Origin: Phoronis australis | Lineage: Eukaryota > Animalia > Phoronida | Reading direction: 5' to 3' | DNA: 64,000 nucleotides | NCBI GenBank assembly: GCA_002633005.1 | Contig: NMRA01000611.1 | Coordinates: 156,674 to 220,673, forward strand | Shown: positions 39,101 through 48,924 of the stretch, piece by piece | How positions within the stretch are numbered: the stretch's first letter is position 1 | How the letters are laid out: each line of letters begins with the position of its first letter | Position numbers and translations under genes: made by a program | The notes under the pieces: generated by a model | The model's database searches: none | What the model was told of the DNA's origin: nothing | What the model saw: only the letters and a program-made list of their open reading frames with translations

Positions 39101-42100
39101 CATAATGAAAAAATATTAAAATATTTTGTCATATTTTTCAACTAAAATTTACATCCAAGAAAGTTCTCTTGCATGGTGAGTATGGAGGAACACATTTTAT
39201 AAAATTTTGAATATTCTTTGCACAATTCTGCCTATTTTGTAACAATTTAGTTTGCCTTTGAAAATACAGAATTCTGTGATTCTTAGCATTAACCATACTT
39301 TCAATAGAGTTTACAATTATTCCCTTATCGAGGCTCATAATGCACCGGAAGAGGTCAATTAGTGGAAAGGTCATCAAAATATTAACATGAAATTTCTCCT
39401 ACAGTTTTAAAGAATTCCTTTTCGTATTGGTAAACGGGTTGCTGTCAGTAACTTCCCATAACAATTCTAGTAATACACAGGCACAGAGTCCGTTATTGTC
39501 ACGCCGTGATAATAATCTTTCTAGTTATTGCTGTAATTATTTTTGACATGCACCAAGTTGGGGCAAAATGTTTTCTGATCTGTGTATTGGTAGACAGTAG
39601 TTTTGCCATGTCTTAAGGCAATGGTTTAGCACTTACTCTCGATGTTATGGAAATCAATCTGAGTCTTACGTTGATTCCATGTTTGCTACCTTGGCAAACG
39701 AACTGCATAAATTTACATTTGTCATGTTCAACTTACTTGTTTGCAACTAAATCTTTTGTGTCAGTTTTTGAAGCTCATTAAAATCAAGACAATGTGAAAG
39801 GCTGCTACTTGTTCTAGTTCAATTTTTAAAATTTGGTTTGGTCACATCAGAAGTATTCTGAAGTTTTTCGTTGTTTTCATGATTTTGATTATCTCAATTT
39901 CTGTTAGTATGCAGCTGGTACCATGTTTGTTTAAACTTGAGGAAATTATACATTGCTCAAAAAAATTAATATGCTGTACTATATATTAAATCCCTGGCTT
40001 CAGTAGTGAACAACCAGGGCAAATTTGTGTCTGAAAATTCATCCAAAATTATTTGATCAAATTTTACAAATGAAATGCAGCAGCTGTAAAATCTTCTGGA
40101 CGGTCTTCATACTTTAGGTGAGGTCAATAAAACTTCCTCTGTCTTTTCCCATAGTTATCAAGTAAGAGTTGCCTCAAAGAACACCGTCTTCATTTCAGTC
40201 AACAGTGGTCACCCAGAACCATCCAATTGTGTTGCTGTGATGGGTGACATAACGTGTCTACTGAACACTTGTGATCCGAATGACACAGTCATCTCGTCTG
40301 TCTTGACGACCATCATCCAATGGCTGGAGTCGTCGCCGTGCAGCGTCCTGTTACTACCGACGATCAGTGCTGTAACCAAAACACTGACCTCCATACCAAT
40401 GATTGTGCAGATCACGGAAAGTTGCATTGAGAGCCATCTCAATTCTGGTGAGTCTTCACTGTCTGATTCTTGTGCCATGGATCCAGAGGGTTGCCTAGAG
40501 TATCCCTGCTGATTCACCTTTGCTGGAGTAGAGGGATCTATGTTATAATCTATATATCTATGGTATAACCCCCTACTTATATTTCAACATCCCTGTTTTG
40601 AATTTTTTTTCTCAAGGATAGTACCCCACCTACTTAGAAGTACCAACTGAAAAACGAATTTCAATTTTTTCTAAATGAGCAAATTTGGGCTTCACTTAGT
40701 GTTTGACTAATTCATGTTCTTTGTTTAATTTGTGAAGCACTGTGCTATTGTTGCTACACATTCATCTTCCGTCAAAAAGTTTGAAGTTTTGATTTAGACC
40801 ATGAATTTACGATCGCGAAATTGGTGTCAACTTCTTTTTCATTACTCAAATAAGAAGTGGTCTCTGGGCTTGGAGAGAGCTGACCGTTATTAGTTGAGAC
40901 CATGTTCTGCACCTAAAATGATCGTCTTATCTGACTGTCTTATGAATGAGTTGAGAGCAGTTTTATAGTGACAAGTGTTCTTTTATGGAATGCAGGTTTA
41001 TAAAAAGCTTCTGAATGAACTGTTTCTGAAGATTATAAAGTTCAAAGGGTTTTCAATAGGCAATATGTATTTAATTAAATAGCTTTTGTGATATTGCTAC
41101 TTTATGTTTGCTTATCTCGCATACAAACAAGACTGAATATTATGTTTTTGTGGGACCCTGTGCTAATTGTTCACACTAACAGTTGCCATAATTGCTATCA
41201 GTTTGACGAAGTGCTCTTTTTCTCACCAGGGTCAGTAGACTGGGCACCTGTACTTATGTTCTTGGACATTCCACAACAGTGTGAGGATGACTACCTGTCT
41301 GAGTGTCTCACAAAGGAGTGCTACCTGACTGTGTTTACCCGTGTTCTCCACCAGCTGTCTCTGTGTGAGAGTCTGACTGATGAAAAAGCACAGCTTGTCT
41401 CGCTCGTCGAGTGGACCATCAAGATTAAACCAAGGTCAGTGCTGATTTAATGGTGCTTGTAATGACATGCATAAGCCGTAATTTTATGGAGTTGATTTGC
41501 CTGACAATAGCCCGAATCTAAATTGACTGACCGTGCTTGATAACCTGTCGATGAGACTGAGGGGGTCTTGTACAAGAGAGGTGGTAGACATGCTGCCCAC
41601 TTTGGTGTGAATTTTGCACCGTCGGGTATCGTCTTGGTGGGTATTTTGACTGCAAAATCGATGATATCAGACTAAATTTGGCAAAAGTGCTATTGGTTTG
41701 GGCACTCAAGACAAGTTTTCCCAGATGTTGTGTTGGTCTGGATTTTGAGTGAAGTGTGTATCTGAGAGTCTACAACTGCAGCAATCAATGTACTCCACTA
41801 GGCATTTGATTAGAAGCACTAAATTCCAAATTAAGTACATGCAAGGTTAATGACAGTCAAAGCCCAAAGCCCAGCCTCCAAAGTTGAACTTGAAATACGA
41901 GTCTTAATTTGTCGAATTTGTGCTTTGTACAATAATTGTACAATTAACATATGAGTACGGAATCCAAGTTTTCCCCTTTAGGATTCCTAGAATCAATCTT
42001 CAAATTTAAACTTGAAATTTGAGTTCAACTCTGAAGTATGTAGCTTCACATTTGAAATGATCAAGTGTGGAGTAGAATGTACTTGGACTAGGTATTCATG

Positions 42101-44131
42101 CTGCTGTGTAAATGGTGATTTGCAAAGTCAAACATGCTCATCTCGAGTTCATGCTTACATAGAACACAAAATATCAAAATCAGTGTCATGTTTGAAATCA
42201 GAATGGACTGTGAGCCCTAGTTACCGTTACTAGGTTTAAAGCATTACTACGGTTGGTAAGGCTTACCATGAGTTGCGTGTTGTCTTGCAGCTCGGCCAAC
42301 GAGGCCAAGCTGATCCTGTGGTTCCACAAAGTGTCCCAGCTGTGTCTTCGTCAGGCCCAGCACCACTGTAATGCCAGGCCCCTGCTGGAGCTGTTTATAC
42401 CGGCTGTGGTACTACTTGGGGAGGACAAGTCCACAGCTGGCTTTCTAGGCACTCTGGGGTTGGGCAAGAGGTCACAACTGTCCATACGGTGAGACATTAT
42501 TTAGTATTATGCTGCCTTGTAGCAGCAGGAGTTAATGACTTATTAAGATAATTAACTCACACCAGAGTCACACATTCAAGTGCTGGTTACGGTTATGTTC
42601 GACAGTAGAAAAATAATCTAAATTCGGCAAACTTCGGAACATCATACCTGAGGAATGACTGATCAGATTAGTGGGCTTTATATTACGTACACTGTTTTAC
42701 AATTTTAAAACCTGTTAGGAATAATTTAAAATGATCCATTTTTGCAAGAAGGGCTATCCATATTACTTTTTATGAAGTAATTCAAGTGCTCCGTAAAACA
42801 AAATGATTTAGAAAACTGCTGTGTTGTTTTTGAGATTTTATCTTGAATAACTATATCAAACAAAATTTGGTCGTGTTATTGATGTGGCTGTTTGCTAAGA
42901 ATGCACCTTTTTTCCTAGATTTTAGTAACAAACACATGGACAAGTGACCCATTGAATGGCAGATTTTTTTGTGTGGCAGATTGGCATGAGGTCAAAATCA
43001 AAATCTTCAGGCATTCTACTTTCAGAAAATGTATACTGGCCTATTATCTACAAAACCATAAATTTAACTATAAGTCTTTTAGTTAAATTTATGGTTTTGT
43101 AGATAATAGGTCGATTGTACTGACTTGTTAATATAAGGTCCTATGTAATCTTAACTCTGTTGTTTTAACAACTGATGACAAATGACGTTCTTCGATATTT
43201 TGCTTTTGATGGTATGGGGTTTTGTCATACTGATGCTTTATGCGTGCGCTTTGTATTCTATGTGGTTGATGTAATTATGGTTACCATAGTTCTCCACTAA
43301 TTTGGAATGCTCATTTCGCAAACTTGAAATTATTTGAAAAAAAGTTATTTAATTTGTTCTTCACTTGTTTTGCGTGAGTCTATGTGGCAGGAATTTCTTG
43401 CCTCACCTAGTTCATGCATGGTCAGTTCACGCATGGTCAGTTCACGCATGGTCAGTTTTGCAACCAAAGCCCTATCTTTAATGCAATACACACCTTTTTA
43501 ACTGTGTTAATAAGGTCTGACCACTGTATACTCACCGTTTCATTCATTCATTCACATGTGATATCTCATGCAAACACTCTGTGAAAGGAATTGTTGACGA
43601 AGCTTCGTTACTCAGTTAATTTCATTTTATTTCATATACTCAGACTACCCGAAAACTGTATTTAGTTATCTCATGCAAAATAAGTGGACAAAGAATTACC
43701 ATAGGTTGTGCAGCAACTGTACATTCCTTGCAGTTGCCTGGGAGACTTACTAACGGCATTGTTATTTCCATTCCAGGTTTCGCTTGTTTTGCAAGAGCTT
43801 GTCCATGTTTCTTCTCGCTCAGCTTCCTAACGACAGTTCAGTCCGCTTCGACGCTCAGGCTCCGGGTCATGTCAGTAAATCTGTGACAGGCATTGCCAGG
43901 CCCACGCAAAAAGCTCTTCAGGCTATGGCAGGTCTTCTGGGATTGAAGGGCAAAAAGGAATACAGGACTTTTGTGACAACCATTGATTTTGTGTCAAATT
44001 ATACTAACGATCGTAATCATTCGCTCAACGAGGTTCTGCTGTTCATTTCTCATTTAGCATCCGTGTTGTTCTCTGAAGTTAAATATTTATCAGTTCTGAG
44101 ACCTGCACCTCAGTATAGCAGCGAGTGTTGA
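109..44131 (+). CDS. EPG5: Ectopic P granules protein 5 homolog (autophagosome-lysosome fusion tether), 3' portion, 29 exons in window; 5' exons lie upstream of window
   Basis: Phase-consistent GT-AG exons read by hand: 109-249, 969-1089, 1239-1339, 2025-2121, 2569-2802, 3414-3577, 4590-4726, 5414-5504, 6465-6588, 6985-7123, 7750-7921, 8396-8486, 9059-9136, 10241-10383, 10994-11165, 12634-12828, 13131-13262, 31235-31316, 32207-32346, 33118-33316, 34896-35066, 36215-36390, 36688-36894, 38312-38475, 38850-39049, 40199-40447, 41230-41434, 42291-42488, 43777-44131(TGA). Motifs recalled from EPG5: [82 protein letters not shown]. Confidence 0.92.
1426..1790. repeat. Minisatellite, about 59-63 bp unit, about 6 copies
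   Basis: Unit tatctcatagggggagccagtggtacatcagttaattgttcttattgtattattgaagcc repeated with substitutions. Confidence 0.9.
4014..4409. mobile_element. Penelope-like retroelement 3' remnant with about 115-bp inverted arms
   Basis: 4014-4129 is the reverse complement of about 4293-4409; the interior encodes [41 protein letters not shown], resembling the C-terminus of Penelope GIY-YIG endonucleases. Confidence 0.7.
5560..5689. repeat. Direct tandem duplication, 68-bp period, 2 copies
   Basis: tactgcatgtttagaaggctatgccatgttcttgaatgtaaagacttatctgcacctacttg at 5560 and 5628. Confidence 0.9.
9451..9523. repeat. Short hairpin-forming interspersed repeat (MITE-like); related copies at 31401-31490 and partial at about 45735-45770
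   Basis: Arms gagaaccagttt / aaactggttctc around a shared loop (ctccattgattaacaggc vs ctactgaataacgggc). Confidence 0.65.
12093..12510. repeat. Diverged direct repeat of about 130-150 bp (12093-12240 and 12387-12510)
   Basis: Shared tgtta..attg..gtgcctttagg.ccatg.gcctat..ctgaaat...cagcctt...caagtggtt..gca.attg...catg..cctaagtt. Confidence 0.7.
13862..14515 (-). CDS. Intronless type II membrane collagen-repeat protein, headless paralogue with hydrophobic GPI-signal-like C-terminus (217 aa from the conserved ATG)
   Basis: [26 protein letters not shown]; furin site RQKR; QCLQ then Gly-X-Y run; tail [29 protein letters not shown]. The ATG at 14515 (gagattcaacATG) aligns with paralogue starts; the ORF track starts 27 nt earlier at 14542. 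Confidence 0.8.
   Translation of the reverse strand: MNEPLTKVKHGRHYTAHMMVILALVLLIALASFGLAIYVLFEEQHLKDRSPTKNGFQDQLKDNEVVELNLEKKFDWLLSAYRTKETKITSDKAESGVNQTAPISRQKRAANDPSGGVTPHPQCLQGPPGRDGLNGLDGYPGSQGPPGPQGPPGQQGEPGLQGPPGERGHPGASSMTADDFQKVLGIVLSRSSSIKNKAGSWGIISLVLLVRYFIPLE
16004..16625 (-). mobile_element. piggyBac-family transposase fossil (stops and frameshifts)
   Basis: Hand translation: [100 protein letters not shown]; these match piggyBac DNxFT, GTVRxNR, YNxxMGGVD and NAW motifs in order. Confidence 0.85.
17090..18235. repeat. Non-autonomous interspersed repeat with internal degenerate subrepeats; relatives at about 15180-15700, 20900-21720, 30060-31000 and 35480-35948
   Basis: Recurring motifs ttcatgaaatttggca, gtccgcctct.tatccactaaac.gctc, gccacctagtggc; shared end gccat.ta.tggc.at.tttatgat near 18225, 31000 and 35948. 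Confidence 0.7.
18236..18372. other. Assembly gap (137 N)
   Basis: Run of N following a poly-C tract at a repeat end. Confidence 1.
19715..20428 (-). CDS. Intronless type II membrane collagen-repeat protein, second headless paralogue with GPI-signal-like C-terminus (237 aa)
   Basis: TM, coiled-coil-like [37 protein letters not shown] plus Gly-X-Y run, tail [33 protein letters not shown] homologous to the 13862 copy. Confidence 0.8.
   Translation of the reverse strand: MKEPRTEVKHGRHHMVYMMVILALVLLLAVVSFGLAIYVVFEVQHLKDKIPITNDGFQDQLKDNKLLITVNDQLFKFKQNENQLKIRLSLIEREIEWLIRAFTEKELEANQTTMSRQRRAASNSSGGETHPCQCPQGPSGSPGFPGPQGLPGPVGLEGLPGLPGKDGLNGTQGPPGKDGLDCPRGPPGVNMTMQDWQRVFCARISSSSGISHMQNKADCWGIIKLIAVVLVRYTIPF
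22837..24018 (-). CDS. Short-chain collagen C4-like (spongin-type C-terminal domain) type II membrane/shed protein, 393 aa, intronless
   Basis: TM, coiled coil, [25 protein letters not shown]-terminal domain [13 protein letters not shown]...[10 protein letters not shown]...DVPCAVC...[22 protein letters not shown]...[22 protein letters not shown]. Confidence 0.9.
   Translation of the reverse strand: MKESETEVKRGTHYNAPVIVVMAMFVLLAVVSFGLAIYILSEVQQLQDRTASKNGFQSWLKEDEQAEIQTTDLYSQLTKLKQENNRLKVGLSLTEMKTERRFRMMHAMILSRHDYDINSTPIKTNTKLNQTLISRQRRAADDPTTGEVTQTQCLQGPPGRDGRDGERGPPGTDGINAEELKKVLSTFQETTLSALKIKSEVKYLNGTTSGAVYIRWGRTTCPDTSTLLYDGIAAGSSYSHSGGGSEKLCLPHKPQWGLYQDGFQSNSYIYGSEYEEKSNKVFSRKNANDAGINDHDVPCAVCYTPSRASQLMIPAWRDCPATWTKEYSGYLMAERYSHHRSSFTCVDEAPEVIPGGSPNQNGALFYNVEAKCGSLPCPNYVDGRELTCVICTK
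24161..24170. promoter_or_regulatory. Canonical NF-kappaB/Rel site GGGACTTTCC upstream of the 22837-24018 gene
   Basis: Exact textbook kappaB decamer about 60 bp upstream of a TATAAA (24096-24101, - strand) that is 30 nt from an Inr-like TCAGT (24069-24073). Confidence 0.55.
25100..26296 (-). CDS. Short-chain collagen C4-like type II membrane/shed protein, 398 aa, intronless
   Basis: Same architecture; RQRR; [13 protein letters not shown]...ELTCVVCTK; intact ORF. Confidence 0.9.
   Translation of the reverse strand: MKEKDTEVKDGRQAPAAVILSLVSLLFASISFGLAIYIALDVQHRQESTTTTHNDGFHDWVRKTELAEFKITIYTDLLNLKREHNRLKAYVFQTEMKTERQLRFMRAILSSKSGQVPTTITPHHVDTGLNQTTPFFRQRRAANDPTTGEGFNSQCIQGPPGRDGRDGRDGQPGPPGVNGITTDDLQKVLSTFQESMLQAQKTKTDVKYHNGTESGAVYTRWGRTTCPQMSKLLYKGVAAGSDHGQSGGGSEKLCLPHDPQWGKYQDGFQSQSYIYGAEYEINGAKVFAKKNANDANLWQHDVPCAVCYTPSRASQLMIPAWRECPATWTKEYSGYLMAEHYSHHRSSFNCVDEAPEVVPGGSTNQNGALFYHVEAKCGSLPCPNYVDGRELTCVVCTK
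28492..29679 (-). CDS. Short-chain collagen C4-like type II membrane/shed protein, 395 aa, intronless
   Basis: Same architecture; RQRR; [13 protein letters not shown]...ELTCVVCTK; intact ORF. Confidence 0.9.
   Translation of the reverse strand: MRQSETKDKHGRRYTASVVAILAGFLLLALVSFGLAIYVLFEVQQLQDKTVKKYDVFQDKLKDNILVEHQTTLYSELAKLKEENNRLQIRLSLTEIKTERRLRIMHATILSKHGNDIINNTPDKNNLDRNQTTPISRQRRSADNPNTGDVTQSRCLQGPPGRDGRDGQRGPPGADGMKAEELKRVLSIFQETTLSALKAKPEVKYLNGTAGGAVYTRWGRTTCPATSTLLYDGIVASSYYSHSGGGSEKLCLPHDPQWGKYKDGFQSNSFIHGTEYETHVFNVFSLVNANGANLNDHNAPCAVCYTPSRASQLMIPAWRECPATWTKEYSGYLMAGHYSHHKSSFNCVDEAPEVISGGEPNTNGALFYNVEAHCGALPCPNYVNGRELTCVVCTK
29699..29732 (-). promoter_or_regulatory. TATA plus Inr core promoter of the 28492-29679 gene
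   Basis: TATATAA (29732-29726) 31 nt upstream of the A in TCAGT (29703-29699); same spacing as in the 24018 gene. Confidence 0.5.
31788..31950. repeat. Interspersed repeat; second copy at about 44570-44710 downstream of the EPG5 stop
   Basis: ggac.tagtac.gg...aattt.aacc.aaa.cccaattaa....gtgaa.tgaa shared by both sites. Confidence 0.6.
34464..34762. mobile_element. MITE with about 30-bp TIRs and 7-bp target-site duplication (P-superfamily-like ends)
   Basis: CAAGGAGTGTACGAGTATAGGAGAGTTCACT ... AGTGAACTCTCCTATACTACTACACTCCTTG flanked by ATGCAAT at 34457-34463 and 34763-34769. Confidence 0.85.
42780..42930. repeat. Interspersed repeat; related copy at about 54730-54880
   Basis: atttagaaaact....gtttttgagattt.atctt...atcaaa..aaatttggtc.gtgttattgatg in both. 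Confidence 0.6.
43040..43110. repeat. Perfect 31-bp inverted repeat with 9-nt spacer
   Basis: cctattatctacaaaaccataaatttaacta / tagttaaatttatggttttgtagataatagg. Confidence 0.9.
43410..43457. repeat. 15-bp tandem repeat x3
   Basis: gttcacgcatggtca unit. Confidence 0.85.
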
Positions 44132-46333
44132 ATTCAATGTGTCATTGTGTGGTAGGGTATTCGTGCCTTTTATTCAGCTACCAGTGGTGTGAGCTGACTT
44201 GTTATCTTGACATGGTACACATTGCATAATGGGGATTTTGGAAGGGAGGTTTGCCTTGTATTTTGCTGGTCATTTAATGTAGTTTTTCAATAACAAAGGG
44301 AACACAATTGTGTGGTTTCGTTCTCCTCTCGTGACCATAAAATCTGCATGACTGTGTCTCTAAACATTTCATTTGATATCTGACAAAAGATGCTTTTCAG
44401 TAATTGGTAGTACAATATATTTTTGCCACAGAAATGAGCTAGCTGCGACAATGAAAAGTAGAATTAATTTACCTGCTATCCTCCAGATCTTGGATCAGTG
44501 AGGTAAACAAACAATATAACAGTATTTTTTAAGAGAGGCCTTAGTAAGCATTTTTCCAGAAGTTCATGACGGACTTAGTACGGGTGAGAATTTAAACCAA
44601 AACCCAATTAAATTTGTGAACTGAAGCACAACTTTCAATTATTTCATTCCCTGCGAGCAATCTGGGCTGCAAACAGTCAACGGGCATCGTTAGTAATGTT
44701 TTGTGACAGGATGGTGTGTCCAATCCCACTAATTTTGGACATAAATAATCGCCAAATGGACATTTTTTCATTTCTCAAGGATTTATTACATGGTTTTGAG
44801 TGCCCCCTATCCGAAAAAATTGTCTCATGGGCGTTATGGTATAGAACTTGGGACAACCAATCATTAGTCAGCTTCCATTTTGTTAAGGGTGAAAAGTCCT
44901 CAGAAAATTGTTTTCCTTTGGTTTGTGATATAAGGAACGGATGTGGTGTTGCATTTGTGCTGGTTGTGACAATTAGTATTTGACCTTGACTGTAACTTTT
45001 AATAAATTTTTGTCAGTATTGTGAGATAACTAGTGACGACTTGCACTTCCAGGAAATGAATTTATTTAAAACCACGATTGTAAACCATGTTCTGGTGTCA
45101 AAAATGACTTTCTTCACAATCGTGTGTGCTCCTCCAAAGCTGTGGCGTTCTGTTATATTTTGGTTCTGTTAAAATTGGTTGCAGTTAAACACGTGGAATT
45201 TACCGACAGCCATACTTCTTCGGCAGCTGAAACTCCTAACATGGCGAGCAAACTTTTAGAGTCTGCTATGAATAGTGATGTCATTTCTTCTTGATCCTAG
45301 AAGTCACTTCTAATCTGTTTGAGGAAAAAGCTGCAACTGTATACTGTAATGTTACCTTGTTTTTTGACGAGAGTACCCTCTCAATGATATAGACAGAGCT
45401 TTAATTCAATAAATATTTACTCAAGATTTAGTTCATGTTTGCTGAAAATTAGTAACTGTTTGCATCATAAATATTTCAGTTGTTGGTTTTGTATCGGTGC
45501 TCATTGTCGATTCTAATTTGTGCAATAAATGGAGTATTGAAGATTACATGGTTATCTCTTTTCTTTCCATTTTATGTAAAAATTACTTTCATTTTATGTG
45601 AATTGATTTTCGACAGATTTCTTCTTACACTTCCATCAAATTCTGAAAAGTAACTAAATCTCTTTGACAATTTAAAAAGTGTAACATATCCTTGAATTTA
45701 TTGTAAAATCAGAAATAGTCCGACGCAATGTGCCCACATTTTGAGAACAAGTTTTCTCCACTGAATAACAGCATTGAATGAGGTTTGAATTGTACATTTT
45801 GTGTAACTGAATATTGTAATATTCTGTTTTTACATGGAATCTTGCTTTCTAATTCTAAATTTTTGTGTGGTCGTTCATCAAGCACTGTGACAACAAAGTG
45901 AATAAAACTTCAGCATTTGGCATTAGACAACCATGTCGTAATTACTTGTGACCCCATTTTTGTGGGTCTGTACTTCCCATCTGAGGGTGACCCTTGTCCT
46001 TCCACCTGAAAGTTATACTTCACATCTCGAGGTTGTAGTTGCCTTGAGAAGATTGCCCTTTCTATCAGCAGTGTGTTTTTGACACAAAACCTCTGAGAAT
46101 ATGAAAAGACAAAAGCAAACAAATAATTTATTGCCTTACATGCTGAAATTTAAGACAAAACAACTAGCAGTTTTATCATTGCTAAGATTCTCTAATGAGA
46201 TCATACAAACAAATTTGTAATTACCGATGCAGTAGACGAGCAAAAACAAGATGGACAACTTGTTTTTTCATTTCCATTGTTTCCATCACCTCGAAAATTT
46301 TCATGTAAGCTTTCTGGGAAAGGAAGTATTGAG

Positions 46334-46453
46334 CATTTTACACATTCCCAAAAGTGACATTTTACACATTCCCAAAAGTGACATTTTACACATTCCCAAA
46401 AGTGGCATTTTACACATTCCCAAAAGTGGCATTTTACACATTCCCAAAAGTGG
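46334..46453. repeat. 24-bp tandem repeat x5
   Basis: cattttacacattcccaaaagtg(a/g); explains the ORFs 46251-46469 and 46301-46534. Confidence 0.95.
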
Positions 46454-48924
46454 CCATAGCTGTGAGTGATCTCTAAGCATTGTCATGTCAAATGCCAGAA
46501 TCTGCAATGGTAAAATAGCAACACTTAAAGCCATTAACTTTTATAACAACATAACAATTGTTAACAAAACGTAAATATCATGACGGTTTCAACAGAAAAA
46601 ACAATAATATTGTTTACAACACAACACATTTAATGTGCACCAACATCCATGAAAACGAGAGTTTAAAACCCAAGAAACCTTACAAATACGAGATCTGGTG
46701 GGTCATTCACAATTGAAAGTACTTCCAATCCTGGGGATGTAAAACTGTAACATTTTATTCTCAAAATTGATTGGGGATTGCACTTAGCAAAACAGTACAT
46801 CCAAAAGTAGCAAGAGCATTGAAGACAAAATAATTATCTACATTTGGAAGGAGTCAACAAAATTACAATCACGCAAAAATTATTGGAAATTGAGGTCACA
46901 GACTCTTGACCATAAGACACAGAGACAGCAGTACTACACACTTGCAAAATCTGGCAAATAAAAATGTCATCAGTTGATCATTTCTATCAATGTCAATAAG
47001 GCCACATTGAAATTCCAAAAAAGTAAAAAATGTAAAAAAGGAATGAGAATCAATCATGTAGCAAACACAATAAACATTGAATTAAAACCTATAAGCAGAG
47101 AAAGTGTTGAAGACAATGTGTCAAAATTTTGAAAGAATCCACAAACAGTGCGCTGACCATAAGACACCGACATGACACTAATTATACACACTCCCATGAC
47201 GATATGTTTGGGCAAATAAAAATGTCAAGACAGTAGACCCAGTCTCTTTGGTCCAATACCTATAACAAACTTAATAAGTCCTCATTGAAATAACAGCAAA
47301 ATATGGAAACTGTTCCAAAACATTCCAAAGAAACAAACTTTCACCTCCTCACATCAGTATTGGTTGGACAATTTCAATTCACCTTTCTGAGAAGACATGT
47401 TTAAAACTGTCACTCATAATCTATTCAAAGACAGATCTTAATTTTAAAACAAATCTAACATCTAAATCACTGTTATAAGAAAACCTGGCTTTAGTGAGAT
47501 GGTAGTGGTCATTAGTGTCCTGTAATTATTCACGAAATGATCAACCGTATGAGCTCCTTTTATTTAAAACATTGCTTCATAACACAAAATATCAGTGTCA
47601 TATAAGACCATCCAAACAAATATTAAAATCATCATCTAGATCATGCAGAAAGTTTTGGACAACTGGATAGTTTTATATCATCAGAGCATTGGTATGCACT
47701 CACCATCCACCTCGTAAACAGCAAATTAATATACTATGTAGGCTCGTTAACCTAATTTGATTTGTAAGGTTTAAAATTGATACAAGGGTGATTCAGAAGG
47801 CATCAGAAGATGTAAGTCACCACAAACAAAATGCAGACACTTCAAGAGCAGAGAGGTTTGGTAACCAGAGTTAAGGTAAAGGTAAAAAATAAAAGCGCCT
47901 CCAAGTGGTGCAGCCTGCAGACAGAGAGATCGATCCTACAACAGATTCCAAAAAATAAGAATTTTCACTAGGAGACACTTATTAAACGGTTGAAAATACG
48001 AACATATCTGATAAATTTTGAGCACCATCCAAGGAACATTGATATGGAGGTAAATGCCAAAATATAACATTCACACAAAGTGGCGTAACAGTCAACCAAC
48101 TTTTATGAAAAAATCTCAAGAAGTTTTGCGTGTAAAGTCTGTGAAATATAACAGACACCCAGATGTAGAACACCCAGGCATTGGTATGCACCCACGTGTA
48201 TGTGAACATGTGGGCGTATGAAATCAAACCCTAATCTCTAAAAGAACCCTTTTTTCCTCTTTGAGGACTTAAATAAATCTTTTTGCAAGATTTTCTAAAT
48301 ATTATTCATGCAGCATGGGCTTGTATACTAAGAGAAAGACAGGCGAAGGATTCTAAATCCACACACTGGCATTATAAATGCATGAAAAAATTTAACACCA
48401 CACTAATTTGAAGAAAAACTTTTAGAGTTATATGGGTCTTTTCCAAAATAAACTATCGTGGAATTGTTCACATGCATCAAATATTACGAATAAAAAGTAC
48501 AGTTCTATTGGTAATATCATACACAACAGTTTTGGCACATGAGAAAAATATGAATGGATTGTGGTAAACAGTATGACCAGCACTCTTTGCTGTCTTATTT
48601 ACCATTAACATCCTTCACACATCACAGTCATCAGGCAAAATCAAGTTTGTAAAACGATACAATGAACACAGGTTTTTTACTTATACCAAGAACTCAGACA
48701 TCACACTGAGATCAATATCATATAACCAGCAAGCACTTTAGTCTTCACACAGCTCAACATCCTCAAACTAAGATATTTGATTATGAACTGAACTCAGGAC
48801 TACACTTCGCTCAGCGACCTTAAACTAAGACTTAAATATCCCGCTAAGCCTAATACCATAAAATGAAGAACTCAGATCTCTAACAGAGCTCAGTAAATCT
48901 GAAAATCCAAGCTGTGTCCTGAGT

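Noticed and set aside
46251-46534. ORFs with repeated ILHIPKSG / LLGMCKMP peptides
   Set aside because: By-products of a 24-bp tandem repeat in probable UTR sequence.
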